From Octopus vulgaris (lineage: Eukaryota), in NCBI GenBank assembly GCA_951406725.2, contig OX597828.1:20274001-20338000 (forward strand): DNA of 64,000 nucleotides. The letters run 5' to 3'. The notes under the pieces were generated by a model. That model worked only from the letters and a program-made list of their open reading frames with translations, searched no databases and had not been told where the DNA came from. Position 1 is the stretch's first letter. Every line of letters starts with the position of its first letter. This document shows, piece by piece, positions 13,818-27,169 of this stretch. The position numbers and the translations under genes are program-made.

Positions 13818-14704
13818 CACATACATACATATATATATGTGTGTATATATAAACATAAATGTGTGTATATATACTTATATGTATACGTACATATGTGTGT
13901 ATGTGTGTGTATGGATGTGTGTGTGTACGTGCGAGTGAACAGTCTAAAATAGTACTCAACACATTTGGTAAGAGTTGAGTTACGCATTTATTGTTTAATA
14001 GCAGATTGATTCAGCTCCCTGCGACGTAAAGTTTCGCAGGCTCACTCCGTGACCATCGGAACGACTTTCCCAACTTCGAATGGAGTAACATTGACAGACC
14101 ACCAGCTTGAACTTGCAATTGCTAACTCTGCCTTCATGAGAAACTATACTTTCTCCCCTAACCTGCTTATCCATCAACAAGAAAAATGAACTCTCATACT
14201 GTTACCACCTAAGGTACGCCATCTCAATGAACTAAAGCCACTAACAGCCGAAAATTCAGATATATATCTTAGACCCAGTTGCTATTTACACAACGGCATA
14301 GTACTTAAACCCAGCCACCCATATGGACTATTCCTTATCGACGCTGGCAATCAAACACAGCACCACCAAATTTGACTCCAGCAACACCAAATCTGGTCAC
14401 TCCTACGAAAAGGCTGTGTCACAAGAGAGTTTTGCACTACAAACTAGTGACACTTGTAGCATGAAACTCAACGAACTGATGCCACTAAATACACCATACT
14501 GCTTTATCAGAAACAGTTACTTACTCATCCTGTCGGATTACGTGGAATTAAGTACATCGCTTCCAAACTAATAAACCTACTTGATCAGAGTTGATAGAGC
14601 TCTAGAAACCATATTGAAGTTGACTCATATATTCTTACTATTTCTAGATGCCTTACGAGTCACTTCGTTCTACGAGCCTGAGTCAAAATGCTATATGCCA
14701 TTGG

Positions 14705-14778
<74 letters not shown>

Positions 14779-14781
<3 letters not shown>

Positions 14782-15308
14782 TATTATAAAAGGCAGATTT
14801 TATCTGCCTCCCTTTGGGAGTTATAGAAATCTACAATATAGGATTTCTTTAATTACAATTTACCTACCATTTTTAAGAGTAGAATGCATCGCGTCATGCC
14901 AGGTCCAGTTTTTAAAATTTAAACTCCAATTAAGCAAAATTTACAGAAAACTCACATTCTGGTGTGTGTGTCAAATGCTTTTCTTAGTCTGGTTTACACC
15001 ACACGCAAACGCACACACACAGTGTGCAACGAATAAAATGAAAGTAAATAGCGACAGAGTGATTTGAGGAAGACTAAACTGAAAGTATTTAAACCACTAC
15101 TCAAAAAATAAAAAAACACAGCAAACAGAAACAAATAAATACATAACCATTTACTCCTCACACAATTTCTTCAATTAGAATTTACCTAAGATTTTTCAGA
15201 GTACTTCAGTGGGTGATGCCATAAAAAATTTCTTTCAATTTTACCACCAATTAAGACAAAATTCGAGAAAACTCAATATTTTAACATATCACTCCGAAAG
15301 CATTGATG

Positions 15309-15342
<34 letters not shown>

Positions 15343-16319
15343 TACACATACATATACAACTACATACAACTACATACACATACAACTACATACAAACACG
15401 TGTGTGTTTGTTATTAGTAAAAAAGGCGCCAAAACCCAACTCACTTATCATTCCAACACATTTGCAAAGACACACGGACGGACAGAAAAGGTAAATTGTT
15501 TTTTATTTTACTCTGTATATATTTTATTATATAATATTATATATAGATATATGTATATATAATTGCAGTAAAGAGATTAATAAATGTATGCATCCGTTTA
15601 ACCCTTTCGTTACCAACCCGCCCGAATTTACCTATTCATATTTAAATGAGAATATCAGAGCAAATCTCTTTAGTACATTCGTGAAAACACGTATTATACT
15701 TCGTAAACACTTCAACTACAGTTTTGTACAAAAATCGAAGTGTAATTTTAATTCCGTGAATTATGGGAGATTTTTTCCGAAATTTGTTCCTATTGTGTTT
15801 TCAAAATTTGTAATTATGACAAAAAATGGATACGAATTTCATTATATCAAGCAGCGAGTCAGAATTCGAAGGATTTTCTACTGAAGAACTTCATAAATCT
15901 AACTCTATGACTGAAAAAAATAAGCATCTTTATATAAGAGTGAAGTTGTGTGTCTGTCTCCTACGATTTAGATTCCTAACTACTCCCACATTTTGCGGTG
16001 CAGTTTAACCAAAAGCGGGTATCTTATAGTCGTGATTCATATCGAGCCCTTCTGGGTATTAGCGTGCGTCTACGATGAGTCTACGATTTAAAAAAAATTT
16101 ACCATCATATTTTTCCATTTTAATGCATTTTTTTCGCTTTTATATAAGGGAAGTAACTCTCTAAAAATATCTACGATGTGTCAACGATAAAAAAAAAATT
16201 TACCTTCATTTTTTTTCAATTTTTAATGCATCTTTTTGCTATTTCTTGGCTATAACTCTCTAAAAATGCTTATATAGTTATTTCCCTTACAACCCGAGCA
16301 ACGCCGGGCGATACTGCTA

Positions 16320-16320
<1 letters not shown>
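14779..16320 (+). mobile_element. Non-autonomous Helitron (composite)
   Basis: 5' TC follows an A. A 3' hairpin cccgagcaacgccggg lies ~8 nt before the terminal CTAG, which is followed by T. Inserted in (TA)n. A second TC-type start occurs at 15927. Confidence 0.85.
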
Positions 16321-16351
<31 letters not shown>

Positions 16352-16357
<6 letters not shown>

Positions 16358-16692
16358 AAAAGTTTTGAATGGTACAACAATGCACTATAATACAAGAAAT
16401 GGACTATATACCTGTTGTAATTTAATTATCCATAGTCCGTGATATTTCGGAATAAAATTCCTTCTTCAGATATTCTTAGATTGAATTACTGCTATAACTG
16501 ATTATACCAGCGACTCCATCTAAGAATATCTGAAGAAGAAATTTTATTCCGAAATATCACGGACTATGGATAACTAAATTACAACAGGTATATAATCCAT
16601 TTTTTGTATTATAGTGCATTGTTGTACCATTCAAAACTTTTTATTCTTTACAAACAATACACAATGCTTCAAGCGAACTACAATACTCTCTT
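16352..16692. mobile_element. Fold-back module in (TA)n with HHR-like motif in both arms
   Basis: ~130-bp inverted arms at 16354-16484 and 16515-16645. CTGAAGA-a-ggaat/attcc-GAAATATC occurs at 16441-16469 (-), with a 1-nt variant at 16530-16558 (+). Confidence 0.7.
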
Positions 16693-16699
16693 ATATATG

Positions 16700-16734
<35 letters not shown>

Positions 16735-16735
16735 G

Positions 16736-16888
16736 AATATTCTTTGTAAGCCTAGTACTTATTCTATCGGTGTCTTTTGCCGATCTGCTGTGACGGGGAC
16801 GTAAACACACTAACATCGGTTGTCAGGCAATGGTGAGGGACAAACACAGACACAAAGACACACATAAATATATACATATATACATATA
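16736..16888 (-). mobile_element. SINE family B, 3' part
   Basis: ttgtaagcctagtacttattctatcgg...gacaaacacagacac. Confidence 0.8.
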
Positions 16889-17255
16889 TAGAGAGCTGGG
16901 CGTAAGTCCATTGATCCGTTGATCCGTTAATCGTTAATTAACGAAGTAAACAGTTTCGTTAACGATTTAACTTTTAAGTTAACTTTGAAAATCATTATCG
17001 GACTAATTAACTTCCGTTACATTTAGCTTCCGTTAATTCAAATCCGATAACGTAAAAATTTCATAAAAACCGGTGTAGGTGTGACATAAATTGAAACAGA
17101 TTCTGTCATAGTATTATTTACGGTTCGCCGGAAGTTAGGGATCCAATCACAGTGACCTCCGTTCAAGAACATTCTAGAAAACGTCGAAGAGTAGCGGATT
17201 TTGGTCCCTTCGCGTAATGGCAATGAGTCATAACAGTTTCTGGAAGCTTTTTTGC
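16889..17255. mobile_element. Possible hAT-type DNA transposon end
   Basis: Starts tagagagctgggcg with subterminal ccgttaa/ttaacg repeats. No partner TIR was found. Confidence 0.35.
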
Positions 17256-17816
17256 TTGTCAGGGGGAGCCAACAGTCTTCGAGGCAATATATTGGACAAG
17301 CGCGCTTTGTACCTCCTCTCTTCCTCGGCAAACATCGACCTGGACACACCATCGTTGTGGAGAGTAGGTAAGTTTGTCTACACGTGGCCTAAGCCAAAGA
17401 AATTACTTTCAGCAGCAACCGTGCGCTGCAAGCCATTTATGTTACACGACATGTGCACGAATTACTCTTATGCTACTATCAAACTAATTGCGATACGAAA
17501 TTTTTCGTACATTTCCTTATTTTTCACACAGAATGCGACAAAGCTAAACTATATGTAACTTTTCACATTCATGTACAGCTTCTCACGAAGCATATTGCTG
17601 ATGAATTCACATTTGTTCTTAATTAGATTAAATTATATTTGAAGTTTAAGAATGAATCTTTCGTTATGCCAAACCTTGTAATCGTGTTAACATTTAGTAA
17701 CAGTGACAAGTATGATTAGTGGTCAAAGAAACCTACTACTAGAGTGATGACCACACCATACTAAAGTGGTCAACCCGACTCAGGACACGCGTTTCTTCTC
17801 TTTTAAAAACTTCTTA

Positions 17817-19786
17817 TGGTGACTCTGCACATTTTTCCTCACAAGGAATCCTTATCAAAAGTTTTGGATTCTGGAGTACTCACTGCATGGACTACGACTC
17901 TGTACAAAATCCCACGTGCTATCTTCCATCTCTTTCTGTTGGCATGGATGCCATACGTCCTTCTAACGTTTTCAGTCCACTAGTTCAAGTCGACACCAGG
18001 TATGCTTTCTTCGTCGTTTGAAATTCTCCTCAGGAGAGATCACACGTATTTTATTTATACTCAGGTACGACTTCGCGTCCCTTTTTCATCCTTACTTTCG
18101 TCTCACGTTCTCTGTAGAAGACGCCATCCTGGTTGCTCGCTACCGCTTGTGGAACTTTGTTTCCCACCACACTTTTTGGATTGGTTTTGATCGGCTCGCG
18201 TTCCTCCTGCACATGGGTACCACACATTTTTCTTTCGGAAGATGAGTCACACATCACTACCCCCACTATCACGGTGATCCTCGTATGTATTTCGCTCAAC
18301 TCAAGTCTTATTTCATGGCGAACAACAATCCAATCATCCATTGTAATTAGTGGCATTCCTTCTACACTCGCACTCTCTACAAAGGACCTCATCCTGGAAC
18401 ATGTCATTGATTGTGATGGCCTCCGCCCACTTCCTGCGAAAGTGGAATCAATTCAGCAGCTCTCACCACCAAGTTCATTGCGACAGCTCCGCCATTTTTC
18501 CTAGGGCTGATTAACAGTTGTTTCCCTTTCTCCTGTCGAGGTACGCGTTTTTCATACGGTAAAATCAGAACTTGCATAACTTTCTCATCTTACCATTCTG
18601 TCCCAGGAACAAAGCTTGCATTAGCAGTTGAAGCTTCAGATTTTACAGCAGGTGCAGTTTTGCAACAAGTTGTTCATAGACAAATGCAACCGTTGGCATT
18701 CTTCTTACTCCGTTTAAAAGTCACTGAAACGAGATATACTGCGTTTGGATGAGATCTTCTCGCTATTTACCTTGCTGTCAAGCACATTTACAACTTTCTA
18801 GTGGGGCGAGATTTCGTGATCTTCACTGACTATAAACCGTTGATTTCGCCCTTCACTCAAAGTCAGACAAGTACTCGCCAAGAGAGAATACCCACCTGGA
18901 TTTTATATCGCAATTTACGAGCGACATCCGTCATGTCTCAGGATCTGAAAATATCCCACCTGACGCATTATTTAGACCGCCTGTTTCGTCGTTAATCCCT
19001 GATGTGATAGAGTTTGTCATGTTAGCTTCAGACCAACCGCCTCTTCATTCAATTGACACCTTTTCTGCGTACTCGCACTGTCAATTCAAATTCTTGCCTG
19101 TATCTTCAACAAATGGAAATATTCTCTGCGACGTCTTTACAGGTGCAGCGATACCACTGGTTTCTAGCAGTCACCGTCGACGAGTGTTCGACGCTCTACA
19201 TTCTTTATCCCATGAAGGTATTGCGGCCTCGGTCAGGCTTATTACTGCTCGTTTCTTCTGGCCCGATATGCGCCGGCACATAAACGCTTGGGCTCGTTCC
19301 TGTCTTCAGTGTCAACATTCCAAAGTCCACCAACATATTCGTATTCCATTGAGGAAATTCGACCAACCTGACACACGTTTCCGCCATATTCACACCGACC
19401 TAGTTCGTCCTTGGCCCAGCAGTTGCGAATACCCTTATTTTCTTACCTGCATTGATCGATTCTCTAGTTGGCCTGAGGCCATCCATTTAGTCGACATTTC
19501 TGCCGAATCGGTAGCTTGCACTTTAATCTCAGGATGGATACCTCACTTTGGTGCTCCTTCAAGAATCACTACCGACCGTGGTCGGTAGTTTGAGTCTCAT
19601 CATTTTCGTGAAATGTCACGCCTATTGGCATACCACAAGTTACCACCCAGATTTAAACGGAATGGTCGAGCGGTTCTATCGTCGGTTGAAAGCAGCCCTT
19701 CGTGCGTCACCGGATCTGCAAAAATGGGCCGAATATCTTCTTATCGTTCTATTCAGTTGCCGATCCGCCGATCCTCTCTCTCAATA
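17817..19786 (+). pseudogene. Degenerate Ty3/Gypsy gag-pol relic (RT end, RNase H, integrase)
   Basis: PBS-like tggtgact at 17817. Motifs LEHVIDCDGLRPLPAKVESI..LRQLRHF, ASDFTAGAVLQQ..PLAFF and [10 protein letters not shown]. Integrase [19 protein letters not shown] and ITTDRG. Many stops and frameshifts. Confidence 0.9.
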
Positions 19787-20832
19787 ACGCTCCACATGTA
19801 AAATTCCAGTGGATTGAAATTTGGGGAATTAGGAGCGAAATATGAGGGGTTATGTGATCATGAAAATGTTCAGCCATCCATTCCTGTGTTACTAAAGCCA
19901 TGAGTGAAAGTGCAGAGTCTTACTGAAACACATATGATCTTCTATTGCATACACTGTCTATCTAGGGATTACCAATTATTTCCAGGACTTCAATGTAAGC
20001 GGCAGAGTTAACCCTAAGTCCTTGTGGAAAGGCCTCGTGGAAAAAAGTAAGGAGGCATCACATGTCCTTCATTGCTGACGACACCTAAAACCATGACAGT
20101 TGCAGGGAATTTTGTATGCATAACATTTGGAACTTCAGAACGGTCTGCACATAACCATCTGTCATTTCTTCTTTTAACTTTTGATCTTCGTCGAAAGTTC
20201 TCCCGTTTGAGAAAAACCAAATCAAATCTTCTGCTGCATTTGTCAGTTTGTTTGAGAGCCTTTTAAATCTGATGTAATGCTTTTCTTTTGCATTTTCTGA
20301 CAAATTGACTTCACCTCATCATATAAGCCTGATGTCTTTGTGGACAACATTTCCAACTGTTCCTTCTGACTCATGGAGATCTTTTGCAATTGACCTCATG
20401 GGTTTTCTGGGATTGTAATCAATGGTCTGTTGAACTTGCTGGATAAATTCAGGTGTTCTGATGATTTCAGAGCATTTAGAATGCGTTTTTTGCTTTGATA
20501 CTGGTAATACGTTTCCATCTCCAGTCTCTAGCTCGTTACAAACTTTGTAGACGAAATATCTGGCAACTTTTAAAACACGCGATATTTCTAAATCACGATA
20601 CTCAGCCTTTATAACCACAGTAACAGCAAGCCTCTTCATTTCTTGAGCAAGCTGAGGGTCTGCTATTATTATTTTCCGAAACACAGATCATACAGAGTTA
20701 GCAAAAAATGCAGTAATGACTCCAAACTGTACGTCCTGCAATACCTTACGCAACCTATATATACCTTATTAGTTATAGCTTCGTCTACTTCCAGTTAAAC
20801 CGTAAAAAAAACGACATATTTGAATATACCTG
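19787..20832 (-). mobile_element. Tc1/mariner-superfamily (maT/rosa-like) transposase relic
   Basis: Minus strand HTH-like region IRTPEFIQQVQQTIDYNPRKPMRSIAKDL, then KFPATVMVLGVVSNEGHVMPPYFF and a degenerate YVFQ*DSA. TA-cagg end at 20832. Confidence 0.8.
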
Positions 20833-20892
20833 TATGTATGAATGTATGCATGCTTCTATGTTTGTATGTTTGTATGTATGTATGTATGTATG

Positions 20893-21200
20893 TTAGTTAG
20901 TTAGTTAGTTAGTTAGTTAATTTGGCTCAAAAGCAAATAGCAAGACCATGTAGGGGGACATGGAGTTAAGTACAGGGTGGTGTTCATGTAAAGAGTCAAG
21001 GGAGGCTTTGAACAAAGCGGTCGTCGGCATCTTCACCATCTCGTCTGGCAGCTTGTTCCACGGATCCGCAACCCGGACGGAGAAAGCTCCCCTCCTTCGA
21101 TTGAGATGAAATCGTCGCAGGCAGAGCATTTCGGAATGACCCCGCAGCCGACGCTCTGGAGCAGGAGTGAAGAACAGCTCTTTCGAGAGGTTACAGCTCT
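20893..21200 (-). mobile_element. CR1/L2-group LINE 3' end (second copy)
   Basis: Near-identical to 10131-10445, with the same (TAAC)n tail. Confidence 0.9.
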
Positions 21201-21308
21201 TCGAGAGGTATATATGCATGCATGTATGTACGTATGTACGTATGTATGTATGTATGTATGTATGTATGTATGTATGTATGTATGTATGTATGTATGTATG
21301 TATGTATG

Positions 21309-21339
<31 letters not shown>

Positions 21340-21749
21340 GTCCTTCTTCCTATAAACTAAAATTTTATCATGGAAACTGTGAAGCAACAGACAGAAGCAA
21401 AAATGAAAACATTGATGAAAGCCAACTAAATTATCAATTAACCTTCATATTTTTATCGCACCATTATTATAGTAGAATCGCTAAAGCGTCTGACAAAATG
21501 ACATACAGCTTTCGTTGTAGCTCATTAGATTTTGTCTTCAAATGCTTCCAAGTTTATCCTTACTTTTTCATCTCCTCAGGGGGTCAATAAATTAATCTTC
21601 AATCGATTTTATCGACTTTGCCCTCTTACAGAATTTATGACCTTCAGCTTGTATTAGAAACTATTAATATGCTTTATATATGTATATATATATATATATA
21701 TTGTGTGAGTATCAATGTTTCTGCATATATATATAACATTTAATTTTCG

Positions 21750-21962
21750 GTTTCAAATTTTGGCACAGAGACAGCAATCTCGGGCGAGAGGATAAGTCTA
21801 TTATATTGATCTCAGTAATTAAGCGGTACTTATTTTATCGAACCCAAAGACTGAAATGCAAATGTGATCTCGGCAGAATTTGAACTCAAAACGTAAAGAC
21901 AGAAGAAATGCCGCTAAACATTTTGTCCAGCGTGCTAACGATTCTGCCAGCGCCTCGCCTTA
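21750..21962 (-). mobile_element. SINE family A
   Basis: ggtacttattttatcga...ctcggcagaatttgaactca...cgtgctaacgattctgccagc. Confidence 0.75.
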
Positions 21963-22044
21963 TATTTATGCATTTAATCACTTTTTGAAGTAATTTCTAC
22001 CGATTTTCTATAGAAAACATAGCCAACACTACCGCCACACTACC

Positions 22045-22200
22045 TAGGCGCAGGAGTGGCTGCGTGGAACGAAGCTTGCTTCCCAACCACATGGTTCCAT
22101 ATTCAGTCTCACTGCATGGCATCTTAGGCAAGTGTCTTCTACCATAACTTCGGGCCAACCAAAGCTTTGTGAGTGGGTTTGGTAGACTGAAACTGTAAGA

Positions 22201-22273
<73 letters not shown>

Positions 22274-22455
22274 TCCCCCCACCATCGCTTGACAACCTTG
22301 ATGTGTTTACAACCCCGTAGCTTAGCGGTTCGGCAAAAGAGACTCATAGAATAAGTACTAGGTTTAGGAAGAGTGAGTCCTGGAGTCGATCTGATCGACT
22401 ACAGGCGGTGCTCTAGCATGGCCACAGTCAACAAATAACTGAAACAAGTAAAAAA
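22045..22455 (+). mobile_element. SINE family B, full length
   Basis: tRNA-like head taggcgcaggagtggctgcgtgg, then ttaggcaagtgtcttc core, internal (TA)n(TG)n, and 3' tail actgaaacaagtaaaa. Confidence 0.85.
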
Positions 22456-22719
22456 AACTAAAAGTTTCGACGTTTTTGCATAACACTACTGCATGAGTCT
22501 TCGTTATAGTATGGCTGCTAGAAATAGCAACCAAATCAGTGGCAAATTGCTCTATACTATCCTGGGAAGAGATATGCTGAATTGTGTGTATCTGGGTTTC
22601 ATGCACATGGCAAAAGAGGGAATGATCTCAGGGCTGGGTGAGTTTGGTTATATATTTTTTTCAGCGAGGACTGAGCTGGGATTAAGCATCGCCGTCGTGA
22701 AATGAGAAGTTAATATTAA

Positions 22720-23330
22720 TATTAGAAAGAGAGAGATAGAGAGAGGAAGGAGGGAAGAAAGTGAGGAAAGTAGAGACTGTCAGAGAAAAGATGAAAAGAG
22801 AGAAGCAGAGACTGAGGGAGAGAGGAAAATGAAGCAGAAAATGAGAGAGAGATTTATAGAAAGAAGCATAGACTGGCAGAGAGAGATGCAGGGAGAGAGA
22901 CTTGGGGTTAGTGAGAGGGGGAGAGAGAAGTGGAGAGAGAGAGTGAACGAGGGTGAACGAGAAAAATATAAGGAGAGGAGAGAAAAAAGAAGTAAAGACT
23001 AGGATAGAGAAACTGACGACACAGTGGTGGTGATTAAGGTACAGAGAGAGAGGGAGGGGCAGACGAGAAGAAAGAGAGAGAGAGAGAGAAAGAGAGATAT
23101 AAAAAGCAGTGAATAGGGAGAGAAAAAGAGACACACAAAGGGAAAGACAAAGGGAGGTAGAGAGGGGCGAGTCGAGCGAGAGAAATAAATAGAAAGAATC
23201 AGCCATGGAGAGACGAGTAAAGAGGTAAGAGGAGAAAGGGAGTGAGGGAAAGAAAGAGTAAAGGAGAAAGAGAAAAAATAGAGATGAATGGACATGGGGT
23301 GGGTGGCGGTGGCGGTGGCGGAGGCGGCGG
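22720..23330. repeat. Purine-rich (GA) low-complexity tract
   Basis: About 600 bp composed almost entirely of A/G on the plus strand. Confidence 0.9.
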
Positions 23331-23653
23331 AATGCGATATATTCTATTTTGATGGAAGTCATTTTATGAAAAATACATTCAGAATTTTTTCTTTTAAAGA
23401 ATGATAATTTCGAAATATAAATAGAATAAAGTATAAATTACTATAATATGATTAATTAATTAATTTTCTATATTTTGAAAAAAAAATTATATCATATTTT
23501 TTTCAAATAATATTTCTATGAAATCTTTAGGACATAATTTTGAAAACATATAAGAATAAGATTAAAAATAAAAGCAATACAGCCAAACACACATATACAT
23601 AGATATATACACACACATAAAGATATACACACATTTATAAGGATACACACACA

Positions 23654-23721
<68 letters not shown>

Positions 23722-24439
23722 GACACGCATATTTAAAGGCACACATATACATGACTTTTAATTTCGTTATTAAACGTTCTTTCTATAATGACATCATCGT
23801 ACGGTTTTATAATGTCTCTCTTCTCTCCTCCCACCTCTGTCTCTATTTTCTTAAAAGGAGGAAGGCGATGATAAAAATGATGGCAAGAACTTGATGAAGA
23901 AGTAGCAAAAACGAAAAAAAAAAAAAAAAAAACAGAAAGAAGATTAGCAAATAAAAGAATGTTAAAGAAAACATAAGAAAAGCATGGAAGGATAACTACC
24001 GCAACATCAACAACAATAAGATAAACAAAAACCTGTGACGACTTTGAAGTCAGAAAAGTCTGTCGAAATGCATGCAAAATAAATGTAAAATAAACATGAA
24101 ACAAAACGATAATGCATTAAATTAATAATAATAACAACAAAGGTTACAAGAACAACTACAAGAATAATACTACATCTAATAAGAAGAGCAGTATCAGTCT
24201 TTAGTTTATTAGCCAAAAGGCATCCTGCACACAGGCATATAATAAAACATTGAAAAGACGTGGTGGGTGAGAGTTTTTCAAAAGCAGATGGAAGTGGGTG
24301 AGAGAAGACTATAAAAAAATGAGAGGTGTTTGGATGTTAGACAATTAATGTGTTAAATATTTGTTGAAATACAAAATATATTTTTTTAAAAATCATATTA
24401 TGCCATGGGTAAAAAGCCACAATAAATATTGATTTAAAA

Positions 24440-25100
24440 GTTTTTGGCACGAGGCCAGTTATTTCAAGGGAGGTTAATTACGTAAACCCCAGTATGCAAC
24501 TGGTACTTATTTTATCGACCCGAAAGGATGAAAACAAAGTAGACCTCAGCGGAATATAAACATCGTCGACAGACAAAGTGCCGCTGAGGTTTTTTGTTGG
24601 GAGTGCTAACGATTCTTTTCTACTATAGGCATAAGGTCTGAAATTTGGTAGGAGGGGGGCCAGCCGATTAGATCGACCCCAGTATGCTACAGGTATTTAA
24701 TTTATCGATCCCGAACGGATGAAAGGCAAAGTCGAAGTCGGCGGAATTTGAACTCAGAACGTAAAGACAAACGAAATATAGCTAAGCATTTCGCCCGGCA
24801 TGCTGACGGTTCTTTTCTGCTCTGGGCACAAGGCCCGAAATTTTGGGGGAGGAGGCCAGTCGATTAGATCGACGCCAATACGCAACTGGTACTTAATTTA
24901 TCGAGTCCGAAAGGATGAAAGGCAAAGTCGACCTCGGCGGATTTGAAACCAATATTCTTTTCTAATTTAGGCACAAGGCCTGAAATTTTTGGGGAAGGTG
25001 CCAGTCGATTGGATCGACCCCTGTACGCAACTGATACTTAATTTATCGACCCTAAAAGGAAGAAAGGCTAAGTCGACCTCGGAGGATTTGAAACCAATAT
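24440..25100 (-). mobile_element. Tandem array of 4 partial SINE family A units
   Basis: Reiterated ggcacaagg..gaaatttt..ccagtcgattagatcgacccc..ggtacttaatttatcga..aaaggatgaaaggcaaagtcgac. Confidence 0.85.
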
Positions 25101-25124
25101 TGCAGTGACAATGTATTTTATGAT

Positions 25125-25305
25125 GCAAATAGAGACAGAATCGAAACAGGGTGTGTGGGTAAGAGACTTGATTTGCAAACATGTCGTTTCAGTTTCAATC
25201 TCACTGCACGGCACCTTGGGCAGGGGTTTTCTACCTTGGTCCTAGGCCTCTGAATGTCTTGTGAGTGAATATGGCGAATGGAAACTGTGTGAAACACCAT
25301 CGTAT
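25125..25305 (+). mobile_element. SINE family B, degenerate 5' half
   Basis: gggtgtgtgggtaagag...cactgcacggcaccttgggcagg...gtgagtgaat..ggaaactg. Confidence 0.6.
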
Positions 25306-25688
25306 GTATACGTGGTTGTGGTGGGGGCTTGTGTATGTATGTGTGCATGGTGTATTTGCATATTACTGAGGGGGTGTGTGTGCGTATTGTGCGTGTATTC
25401 GTGTGTATGTGTATGTATATGTGTGTGTGTTTACGTGTGCGCGCATAGGTAGTTACGCGAAGCAGGGGTGGAAAGTAAACAAACCATTGATTCATTCAAA
25501 TACGTTTGTGGTATATTTAAACTTGTAAAACGGAAATGCATCACTCTGTCCAAAGAGGGCGCTCAACGCTGACAATGATGTTATTATACCTTTTTACCTA
25601 GAGCAAGAATTTCTTCTCAAAGGTAAACTGTAGCGAAAAAGCCTGCACAAGTTGTCCCGAAGATATCTGAACTGGCTGAAAGTTTGAG

Positions 25689-25776
<88 letters not shown>

Positions 25777-25831
25777 TGTGTAGATAGATAGATAGAAAGA
25801 GAGATAGAGATAGATGCATACATGCATATAA

Positions 25832-25980
25832 TGTGTGGTAAGTAGCTTCCTTACCAACCACATGGTTTCGGGTTCAGTCCCACTGCGTGGAACCTTGGGC
25901 AAGTGTCTTCCACTATAGACTCGGGCCGACCAAAGCCTTGTCAGTGGATTTGGTAGACGGAAACTGAAAGAAGCCCGTCG

Positions 25981-26051
<71 letters not shown>

Positions 26052-26205
26052 TTGTCTCCCAACCATCGCTTGACAACCGATGTTGCTGTGTTCACGTCCC
26101 CCGTAACTTAGCGGTTCGGGAAAAGAGAACGATAGAATAAGTACTAGGCTTACAAAGAATAAGTCCTGTGGTCTACTGGTTCGACTAAAGGTGGTGCTCC
26201 CGCAT
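25832..26205 (+). mobile_element. SINE family B
   Basis: tgtgtggtaagtagcttccttaccaaccacatgg...(TA)n(TG)n...gactgaaacaaataaaag. Confidence 0.9.
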
Positions 26206-26438
26206 GGCCGCAGTCAAACGACTGAAACAAATAAAAGAATAAAAGAAAAAGAACATATGTGTATATATACATATTTACATACACAAAAATATGTATGCAA
26301 ACACGCACGCACGCACGCACACACACACATACACACACACATATAAAGATATATAGACTATATGTGTAGGTACACCCTGTATATATGTATATGGCATGGA
26401 AATTTGATAGATAGATTGATTAACGGATGGCTAGGTGA

Positions 26439-26517
<79 letters not shown>

Positions 26518-27169
26518 CATACATACATACATACATACATACATACATACATACATACATACATACATACATAGAGATGCATACATACATACGCACATAC
26601 ATACGTGTACAGATACATATATACAGATATATATAGGTAGGTAGGTAACTAGATAGATAGCTAGATAGATATTCTGACAAACAATGAGACAAACAAGCAG
26701 ATAAAAAAAAATCAGACATTGATAGCTAGACATATTTGAACATAATTGTCAGATGTTTTATGTTTTACTGGAACAAAAGATAATCTGGTTTGGCAGAAAA
26801 CCTAATAAAAATTATTATGAAGCTGACGTTAGTATTAATAATAGTAACGATGATAACGATAATGAGAATAAAATATTCATGATTATAGATGTCTTGGGAA
26901 TAATTAAAAGAAGACGTAGACACATATACAACCAAAGCCCAAGGACTTATGTATGTACGTAAGTACAGAATGTCGCATTACTAGAGTCTGTGTTAATACT
27001 ATATAAACGGTAGCAGGAGATACAACCCCTGCATAAAATATAAAAGATAGTAGTGCTAGGCACTGCACACCTGTTATGTATTTGAAGCAAATAGGAGTAA
27101 ATATATTCTTAGTATGTGGAGCTACGATCCTTCAGCTGGCTATACGACACGGTCTGAATAATAATTTTG

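Noticed and set aside
17257-17816. 5' LTR of the Gypsy relic
   Set aside because: It starts with TGT and lies before the PBS-like site, but no CA end or second LTR is present in the window to confirm it.
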